A DNA stretch of 64,000 nucleotides from Balanoglossus misakiensis (lineage: Eukaryota; Animalia; Hemichordata), in assembly GCA_040954595.2 (NCBI GenBank), contig CM082595.2, positions 4,139,943 to 4,203,942 of the forward strand, written 5' to 3'. Below the pieces are notes generated by a model that made no database searches, was not told where the DNA came from, and saw only the letters and a list, made by a program, of their open reading frames with translations. Positions 1 through 10,100 of this stretch are shown in pieces. Numbering within the stretch: position 1 is the first letter of the stretch; every line of letters starts with the position of its first letter. The position numbers and the translations under genes were made by a program.

Positions 1-89
1 GTGACTTTGTTAAGTGCACATCAAAGGGGGAAATTCAAAAGTCTGTCATTTTTGTCTCACCGTCTACAAATTAATCGATAGCAGGAAAA

Positions 90-156
90 CAAACACACGC
101 ACGCATACATACACACACATGCATGCATGCATGCACGCACGCACGCGTACATGCAT
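90..156. repeat. Compound CA/CG/CATG microsatellite
   Basis: acacacgcacgcatacatacacacacatgcatgcatgcatgcacgcacgcacgcg. Confidence 0.85.
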
Positions 157-602
157 ACTCACTCCACATACGAATGTTGGTCATCTGGCCCATCTGAAAG
201 AAATCTCTTGTAATGGTGACTGACGATATAATAGAAGCAAAAGTACTCTGTACAGGTAATGCAACACCCATTAACAGCTCCAGCACGTGTACAATGTGAT
301 GACCGATATATAGTAGTAAAACGGCGAGAAAAGAGGACGATTGAAATGTTACACTTAAAGAACAGGGTAATTCTGTCCGCAACACGAAGTCTCGAAATAG
401 GCGGAATCGCGCGACATTTTCCCCGACAAGAAGTTGCGGTCAGATGGTGTAAAAAGTAACTTTTACACGACTTCAGTAAACTAACATAAATATTTTTGAC
501 CTACAGCACCAAAAGAGTACAACGGGATTCAAAATTTTCCTTGTTGTCATTTTTCGGTGCAGATCTTGTTGGAAATCTCCATCTTAGTGTTTGCATACTT
601 AC

Positions 603-1299
603 AGTTATTTGGCTGTGCTGACATGGTTGTCTTATTCCGTGGTGTTTCAAGCTGAAATCTGGCAATGTAAAGAACAGAGGCATTCATTTGGTGATAATCA
701 GAAATGATCATAGATAGTCATGATCAGTCATCGAATTAATTAATTTAATTTGTTTATATAGTCTGATCACAAAATATAGCACCTTTTGTTTTGAAGAAAT
801 AATTTGGACCAACTAGATGGTGCGTGAAACAGTTAAGATTGGCTGGGGTTCAAATTTTGTAATTTCAACACGATTTTCCCTGCATAATTTCTCCCATGTA
901 GGTTTTCCTGGACAAATGCAACTTTAAGTGACACGCGTTTTCTTGTTTTGTGACATCGGAATCGTGATGTACTACATTCGGTGCACCAGTCCTGTAATAT
1001 TATTATTCAATTAATACTGCGAACTCTTCTCACCGATTTAAGATCTTCCAGTTCTCTTTAAAGAGATCTTCGAATTTCTTCCTTCGAAGCAAGATGCGCT
1101 GCTTTGCCTCTTCGACTCGGATCGCAGATTCGCGATGCAATTCTTTACGTCCAGCGAGTTCTCTTTCTTTGGGCGATTTTTCCGCGGAGGTGCGTGTCGT
1201 GTACGGCTTTCCGACGCCGCCACGCAAACGGCCGACGGTTTGGCGGTCGCCTGCGTTCTGGAGACCCGGAGAGGCCTGTTGTTGCCCGCTGTTAGGCAT
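603..1299 (-). CDS. Putative 5' exons of an unidentified gene (basic/coiled-coil N-terminus); 3' exons not resolved
   Basis: GC-rich ORF from ATG 1299 (MPNSGQQQ...ELHRESAIRVEEAKQRILLRRKKFEDLFKENWKILNR) ends at a CG|gtgaga donor (1034). A phase-compatible exon at 658-603 has acceptor ttctttacattgccag and donor gtaagt. No family recognised. Confidence 0.4.
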
Positions 1300-2396
1300 C
1301 GTGCGTTCCCCGCACCCTGCAAATGATGGACGCTGATAACAGGTGGAATATCGCCACGTAAAGTGAACGCTAATTGCGATCCCGGGCAGACAGGAGACGT
1401 CTGAGCTGTCAGGAAGCGGTGTGAGGGTATTAGCAATGCATGCGTGCACGTCATAGATGAAATACCGCTCTGGGCTGTGACGTAGACATGGTGTTATTAT
1501 GGGGCGATTTCAATTAAAACCCCAGGAAGCAACTGTCCCTATGATATACCGCAGGAACTAGTGAAAATGACGACGCGATATTAACTTGTAAAAATAGGAT
1601 ACACCAAATGAAGTTAGCACAAAAATAGCTCTAACAAATTTTCGGTTAAAAGATAACTATTCTCGTTTAAAAATATCACCTCTACAGCAGAGTCGCAGTG
1701 ACTGGAAAATCTGCCGACACAGCAGGACACCTATTGACACTAATTGACCCGGAACAGCCGGGCTGTCAATCAACCACCGACGTGAAACGCGCTCTGAGCA
1801 GTTGCCATGGATCTGTCGAGTCTTACACGAACGTGTCTTGAAACACCGAGGCGACAGATCAGCTGTGCGGAGCGCTTGCGTCCAACACGGTGGCAAGAAA
1901 GCGGTGGTAGAAAATCATTTTTGGGGGGACAAAAGTAGGTAGTTTCTTGTCCTTAAATAAATTCTCGTGTGTCAATTAACGAATCCACGAGTCCACACAA
2001 CAGGTGCTGAGAAGTATATCACGCGCCCCGTGGCGTGTATTAAGTGGCGAGCGTGCGCTCACTGCGAGCTGATATGCCTCCAATGAAAAACCGGTCTCCC
2101 TGGCACACGGTCGCGATACATTCGATCTCGTCTTCTGAGTTCCGCAAGTAGGCATATATATTGATATAGCAAATTGTTTTTTTTGTGCTATTTTTGTGAA
2201 ACGGAATTTATTCCTCCTGATTGTATTCATAAATTAGACAGAAACGATCTGTAAATTCTCTCTTGTCATTTTAAACATATGGAATTTTCTGCTTGTTTCT
2301 GCCATATTTATTTCTCTTTGAAAACTGATTCCCTTTTGGCCGACATGGTCACATCTCTGACGCATGCGGTGACCACACCAGAAAGTGATTGCTTAA

Positions 2397-3214
2397 AGGC
2401 ACATGAGCTGCAACTGGATAAAAAAATTAAAGTTTTAAATAATCTCATATATGCTTTTAATCATGTCTATTTAAGCAATAAAACACCCCCAGCCATGGTA
2501 TATCACGAGATTTTGACCAGTTCACGACATATACGCACGAGCGATAGCGAGTGCGTATATGGAGTTGAACTGGTCAAAATCGAGTGGTATACCATGGCTG
2601 GGGGTGTTTTATTGCTATTATATTATGCCAGTATATTGAAACTTTGCATAAAACATTTTAAAAAGGCATTTTCTTTAACTATGATATATGACTGTGGTAT
2701 ATGGCTAATATATCACGGTCACGTGTCGTGTCTCGACCAATCAAATAGCGTGATTTACACCATCAATATACTGGTATAATATAATAAATGATATTTCATG
2801 ATAATATATCAAGCTCAACACTTATTTATGACAAAATGGCCAAAAATTGAAGAAAACGAAAATTCCTGCAATTTTTAAAAAAATGCAATATTGGAATGAA
2901 AAAGGAAAATATAATGTCTCAGCGGTGTACATTTACTTCCATGAGCTCAAGTGGATGAGATCATGTTTTGTTTATAAAGTTTCATAACCGGAAATGCAAC
3001 ATTTTCGTTGTTTTTTGCATTTTCCCACGGTGGCGGCCATAATCGCTTGCGGCAAAGCTTTATTATTTATCTGCTTAGAACTTGCATATGCACTCATATT
3101 TAGGGTTTATAACGCTTGTGTTTAGTTCACTGCATTCATCTGCATAGACTAATGGTAGTACAGTTTGAAACAAAAGTTATGAAAATTATCCCCAAAGTTG
3201 CAGCTTACGTGCCT
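2397..3214. mobile_element. Kolobok-like non-autonomous DNA transposon with TTAA target duplication
   Basis: Left end TTAA|AGGCACATGAGCTGCAAC and right end GTTGCAGCTTACGTGCCT|TTAA are inverted repeats with 2 mismatches in 18. TTAA flanks and AG..CT termini fit Kolobok. Confidence 0.75.
2474..2616. repeat. ~143-bp near-perfect palindrome nested inside the Kolobok-like MITE
   Basis: agcaataaaacacccccagccatggtata...ttttgaccagttca...catatacgcac pairs with gtgcgtatatg...tgaactggtcaaaa...tataccatggctgggggtgttttattgct; the loop region is gagcgatagcga. Confidence 0.9.
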
Positions 3215-3935
3215 TTAAGATCCCTGTTGAAATTAAAATTGAAACGGTAATTATGGATAATTTAAAAATGCAAATATTTCTTACGGGTCTTTTTCCTCGG
3301 CTACCCTAAGTGTTAAGCTCTCTCCTAGCTGACTGGTCTAAAACACTTATCCAGTTGGCGGTCCAGTGGTCGCTGGGGAAGGGGTGGGGTCTGTTTTATG
3401 TAAGCGTTTTATTAAGGCTCCGTAGAACCAGCCGCGCAAAACACGCAAGTGATGCGTAGCCACATTTTCACGTATCACCTTACGCGTTAACAGTTGTGCT
3501 TGTTCAAGTGGAAACGGATCTCTGGGCGCAGAAGTTGACTTTTGGCTCCCGGAATTTTTATTTTTGTCGCCGGAGAAAAAAAAGTGCTTCGATAGGCTTC
3601 AGTGGTTTTCTTCCATAGAAGAAATCCTGAAAAGTAAACGTGGTACAGTTTAAGCGTGATACGGTGCTTTGGTGCCGCATGCCAGCGGCGCTCGGGCGTG
3701 CAGGCCTTTCTCAACGGGACATTCACATATACCCCCGCACGAGTGGCCGTATCGTTTAAGTCAAATCTCGACGCGCATCAAAAGGGCACCACGCAAATCC
3801 AAGGTTAAAGAGATATATTTCCTAACAGCCTCTGAGGAACCAATTAGAAATTGATCCATGTTTTCATAACGTATCATTTCATTCTTTGCGGGCGGCTAAG
3901 TTGTACAAAATACGTCGAAGATAAATACACTAATC

Positions 3936-5543
3936 ATGATGGCCGAAGTTGGCGATTGTGCCGGACAAGGTCTACATAGAGGGGAAGAAGACGACACTAA
4001 AGCGAGACTCAGAATGTATTGGGTATGTAGTTGTCATGAAGAACCATTGCCACTAATGTTGTGGGTAATGATATTGCATATTTCAGTTCATTAGGGACTG
4101 TATTCTTGTGTATTTAAACTATATTTTGATAACCGACTGTACCAGGGTATAAAATCACCAGTACAAGGCTTAGCACCGATTGGACCCCCAAAAATAACTT
4201 CAGCCATGTTTTTGTGCAACAATAGGACGAGAAGCAGAGTGAATTACTTGGCCATCTTATTGCCATGGAGACGGAAGAAATGCGTCAGAGAGATTCCATA
4301 AGAAGTGCTCTGATTCGTCGAATGCACGAAATAAACAAATATCGATCGTCTCTGCAAGATGGCGGCCAGAGAAATGAAGGTGAATATCATTCATTCATTC
4401 ATTCATTCATTCAAAATAGACAGGCAATTTCACGTTTGCTTGTATCATACGATATTTTCCAGAGCATGTGGAACTCTATTGGCCGGCAACCAGGGACAAA
4501 ATACACGTCAGCGTGAAGTCAGACACCAGTGTTCAAGAACTCTGTCTATTTGCTTCCACATACTTCGCCATTCCTGATACAGACACTGTAAGTTCAAGTA
4601 TATCATGTTTAATTTTAAAACCTTGATGTTTTGGGAATCCGCTGGATGTCATTCTTATAACACTACAAATTATTCAATAAAATGTTTTTATGGTTTCAGG
4701 TTATGTTAACTGACAAAAATAACGGCTTTCTGCACGGTTCTATGACAATGTCCATCTTCAGACCAAGAAATAACGAATCTGTGGTGCCAACGCTGACCAT
4801 AAGAGTGCCGAGCATTGAAGAGAAAATTGGTGAGTTCGACAATTATTTTAACCTTTTCACCACCAGTTCCGTCTTTAGAGGAGGTCGTATAGTGCATTTT
4901 GATGTGGTAAGATAAGGTCGACCAGTAGTTTTGATGAATGTTTATTTGATTTTTGTTTGTGTTTTACTATTATTTTTTCCTGAATGGAATGTGTAAAGCT
5001 GCCTATGAAAGGCGATGGCAACAGAAACTGAAGAAAGTCCGAGAAACGCAGAGTAAAGATTGGGCCACGTTCAAGGTGCGTGAGTTCTTACAATGTACCG
5101 TACTATGAAAACCCTATCTCCGTTCTTTGACGTATTTTCAGCATATGGTTTCGTGTACATTTGATTTGTTTAAAATCATTTTCACGTTTGTTCAGGAGAA
5201 AGTGAACCAAGGCCAATTTATAAGCTTTGTTGATATTCCGTGGCCATCTTGGATACTGACGGACATCTTTGAGACAATCCACCAATCAGAGGACACGCGC
5301 CCGATGACGCTGTCTCCTGTGACTGAACTGGCCAATCATATCCTGGGAACCGTGTTGTCGTCATCATTTGAAGAGAAGCAACAAAAGTACTTGAAGTTAC
5401 TCGAGACATGGCAGTGTGATGGCTTTATGAGTCACTATGGGAACGTGTTGTTCGATGACGACATCCAATACATCAAAAGTCGACTTTGCAGAATTGAGAA
5501 CGATGTTCAAAAATTGTTCGATTATCTCGAAAAAAATATGTAA
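3936..5543 (+). CDS. Six-exon gene, 306 aa: ubiquitin-like domain plus NFKBIL1-type C-terminal (J-like) domain
   Basis: Exons 3936-4022, 4226-4379, 4463-4587, 4700-4829, 4999-5075 and 5196-5543 are all GT-AG with consistent phases (921 nt). HVELYWPATRDKIHVSVKSDTSVQELCLFASTYFAIPD...PTLTIRV has ubiquitin-fold spacing. AYERRWQ...FVDIPWP...KYLKLLETWQCDGFMSHY resembles the NFKBIL1 C-terminus (DVPWP...RWHPDRF). Confidence 0.75.
4388..4413. repeat. (TTCA)n microsatellite in intron 2
   Basis: cattcattcattcattcattcattca. Confidence 0.9.
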
Positions 5544-7174
5544 ATATTATATTCTAAAACTTCTTGTCTGAAATAGCGAATTTTATTGTGAGCGTGCTTG
5601 AGTGTTGTGCAAGTCTTTCTCTCTCGACCCTTAGTTTTAGCAGTCACTGATTTTTTCAACTTTATCCTTTGTATGTTGTAAGCATTACTTCAGTTTGTGA
5701 GCCCCCCTTTCGGGAAACGGCTTCCTGCAAGAAATCCTATTTACCAATCGCTCAAAACCTTTCTGGTAATCTCATTTGACAGCCCGGAACTGAACAAAAT
5801 AATTTGCATATTATGGTATCTCCACCCAGGTGAGAATCGCCACGAGGTATGAATATTCAATCAGTTCCGCTTTTCAGCAACGTGTCAAGTTTCTCCGTTG
5901 AAGCCCGGCCATTCCAGTCGTTGCCTCTGCAGATTGTTGTGCATAACGTAAGTAAAACTGTTTTATTCTGGGTTTCTCCTACGTCCAGGAGTATTTGGGC
6001 CTAGGTAGCTGTGGTAGCTATTGGTTATTTACAACGAGGTTCGGTTGTACAAGTGTGATGTTTTGCTAAACCAGGACCACTTCATTGAAAACATCTAAAC
6101 GCCCTCACACCCGGCTTGTAAAAATCTGTAAAAAAATATGTCCGCTCCAACACGTCACTTGTAACATTTTTACGCCCTCACACGTCACTTGTAAAATATA
6201 ACAAGACTGCGTACTTTTGAAATATCCATATGATATGCTGGTCTGAATTGAACCATTATCCAGTGTTAATACTCCTGATTTCTAAAATACAACTAAGTTC
6301 TTTGTTAGGATGAAGTTTATGGCTGAGACATTTTATACAGTCATATATAGAACTAGAAAGTTGCATGTTTTCTCAGTTTTACATTGTACTGTGGAAAATA
6401 ATGCCACATTTTCATGTCATGTTATCAAGATCTAAAACAATGCAATCATGATGAGTGATTATGTAGGTTCAGTACTTAAACTTTTTTAGCATGTACAATG
6501 TTGGTTGTGCTTTTAGATGTACATGTTGCAAAATTGTGCTAATCAACATGATTCAGAACAGAAGACAATAATACAAAGCAGTTATTCTACATCCAAATTT
6601 TATTGGCTAAGATAAATGTTCTACATGAAGACAAAAAAAGTTCAAATCATAACATGTTAAGTGCTTACACACCACTCGTCAAAACAATCTGACGAGGTTT
6701 ATTTTGTGTTCATAAAGACAGCTCACGGACTATCTATACAACAAAGATTACAGACAACTGTAGATTATTACACTTTTGTAATATATAGCAACTCACAGAT
6801 TAACTGAAAAATTACATAGTTTCTACTTGCAGTGATCAACTCTTAAAACCAAACATGACATTAAAATAATACTGAAATAATATTTTTAATACATCATACA
6901 ATATATCTTTTTCAGTCAATCAAGCTGATCAACTTGTCACCACTTCTCATGACGATGGATATTTTGATTAGTAACTTCAAAATATTGACATCACTGCAAA
7001 AATCATGCTAGTCACAGAGAAAAAATATTAGTTATTACAAGATGAAAAGATTATTGTTAATACAGCAAATTGATTTTATCTATTTCAAAACTGAACAAGA
7101 CTATCTTAACCTGGGTGTGGGAAAGAACATGACAAAATCAACCTTTTTCTTTCCTTTCTAACATTCAAGAGAGC

Positions 7175-10100
7175 TTAAGGACGACAATTAGTTTTGTGTC
7201 CTTTCTCCCAAGCCATGAGTTGACACTCTTTGGAGCAGTAGATGGCTTCGCAGTTTGCACATCGTTTTAATTTTTGCCCTTCCCCCTTTTGGCAATACCC
7301 GCAACGTTTGATCGATTCCATTCCTCCGAATCCACGATAAGTGACTAGGACCTGTAGGTAAAATGATAAACTAGTTTTAAGTGTGGATGGACATACATAC
7401 ATAGATACATAGATACACACACACATACATACATATAACATACATACATACATACATTACATACATACATACATTACATACATACATAAATACTAGTACA
7501 TCATACATCATACATACATACATGCACACATGCATTTGTCCATGTTAAGTAGTTTTGATTGTTTAAAGATGCTAACTAATAGTATATGCAACTGAAATCA
7601 TAATGTAGCTTCAAAACTATAACTACAAATAAATAATGTGCCCATTTTTTCTACTCATAATACATGTACACAATATCAACTCACCTTTTCCATGTGGCTT
7701 TCAAACATTGGCTGGTCACTTTCCAATGCCACACAACGAGAAATATCCACTAGAGCTCTTTGAAAATGATCTATTTCGAACAATGCCTTCGAACGACGAT
7801 ACATAGCTTTGACAACCAGTGGTGTGATCAGGGGTTCTCCAGCTGCAATAAAAAAAAAGACATTGTGGTATGCGTCGCCAAGAGATGACAAACTGATGCA
7901 AATGCAAGTCATATGGCTTAATGGTGAGGATTTTAGAAGATAGGGAAGTATTTTATTGTGGAAAAAAAATTGTGAAATTTAGCAGCTATAGAAGCTTTAA
8001 TGTTTAAATGAAAGAACAGCTGTGTGAATGTCAGCAACCAGAGTGAAAGCGTAACCTGTAAAGCAAAGAATATTCTATGTTTCACTGCAAAGATGAAGAG
8101 TTTGCCTGCAACAAGCTTAACCCTTTCACCCCCAGTTCCCTCTTTAGAGGTCCAACCTTACCATAGAAAACAATGGGTTTGGACTGAACCATGGTGGTGA
8201 AAGGGTTAATACACACAAGTGTCTACTACATGATGTGAAAAATGCACCCAACACCTCAAGCAGGAGACAGCCAATCAGTACGAAACTCAGTACCTTTTCT
8301 GGCCTCAAATATCTCGGCACAACTGTCGCAGCCTTGGTGCTTATATGGGACACTCAGTAAAATGTCATTGACTTGATCTATCGGTACAAGAAAAGGCGAT
8401 CATGCAATTGTATACCATTGTATAATTATGACTTGAATTTGACTTAAAGGGGCACATCTTTCATCAGCTTTACCTAAAAGAAAATTGATTAAATTGATAA
8501 AGACTTCAATGGAAAACAAAGGCTACATTAACATGTGAAGTCATCAGAAGTAATGTGAGAACCAGGTATTGAAAATTGCCCCTTAGACAATTGTGTCCAT
8601 GGTATTCTCCTAAATACCACAGTTTCCACTATTAATAGGCAGTGTAGGGTGTCAAGTACTTGATATATCCACCCACGCAAACAACAGTATCAAGACGGTT
8701 ACCCCCTGTACATTACCACATGGATATTTCCCATCCACCACTTGGGGCAAGGGATGGGGATAACATGCCCAGGGGGTAACTGACCTAGAACCCTAACAAC
8801 AGAATGATACCTACAGTCTAAACATCGTGCTATGGCTTGATCACAATCATCGACAGCTTTTCGATATTCCTTCAAATACAGATAACATTGAGCTCGGTTG
8901 CAAAGCAGTGTCGCTGGAAGAACATGCCTGTATGAAATAGAAAAGGTCAAAGGTTATCTTGCAGGATACGTTACATGTACACAGCCAATACAGTCGAACC
9001 TGTCTATAGTGGCCAGTCAAGGGACTTTCCTAAACTGGCCTCTGCAACATAGTGGCTACTATATAGAGGTGGCCACTAACACAGGTTTGACAGTAGTTCA
9101 CTGCACATGAATGCAAGTTCTGAATTTCTATAGACTGTAATTTGTGAATCAACAATCAGCATCTCTCGCCTAAAAAAACTCTGAAAACTAAGAACACACA
9201 CAAATGCATATACTCATAACACATTAAAGGGACAAAGTCTCTCTCTGGCTGCCCCTTTTCCATTAATTATGTTTGATACAAGACACCATTTATGTTAATG
9301 TAAATGTGGATATATAGTGAATCAATGATCAACCACACAAAACTTCCATCCCGCTTGTATGATATGAGAGTAAAAACTCGCCCAAAATGAATAAATGGTA
9401 AAGAACGATTATTCATTTTGGCGAGTTTTTCACTCTCCTGTCTATAGGAGGGATGGAAGTTGTGTGTGGTTGAACATTCATTCACTATATATCCACATGT
9501 AGAATGCATAAATGGTGTCTTGTATCAAATATAATTAATGGAAAAAAATGGCAGCGGGAGAGAGACTTTGTCCCTTTAATCAAAATCATGTTCTCACCAG
9601 CGTTGTTTTTTAATATGATTGTTTCCATGGGAATTACCATCTGAGTGTGTACAGCTATGGCCCTTGGAAGAATTTGGCGGGCATATCCGAATGGCTTCCG
9701 TGTATTTTTCTAAAGCTTCTTGGTATGCACCCTTTTTAAAAAATTCGTTGCCTTCCGCTTTCAACTCTTCTGTTTTCTCACGGTCCACGACGATCAACTC
9801 AACGTCTTTTTGAAAGTCTTTTTCGGCCTTCTTCCATAGGCTGGAAAGGGAAAGAGAAAATGATGATCCCGTTTCCCAAAAACACCTGACACACCAAATT
9901 GAACTTTTTCATACACTTTTTACCCGAACACCTCACACACTGAATTTAGCTTCTTCAATTTGTTTTAAATGAAGAGAGTAAGTAATAATGTGTTTGAATA
10001 ACTCAAGTTATGCACAGACAAAATCAGTCTAAAGGTTCTACAGCACAAACAATAATGACAATTTCTAGTATGTAGCTAACACTGGTATTTTACCCATAAT

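Noticed and set aside
2279-2779. 166-aa + strand ORF
   Set aside because: It overlaps the MITE and palindrome and shows no recognisable protein features.
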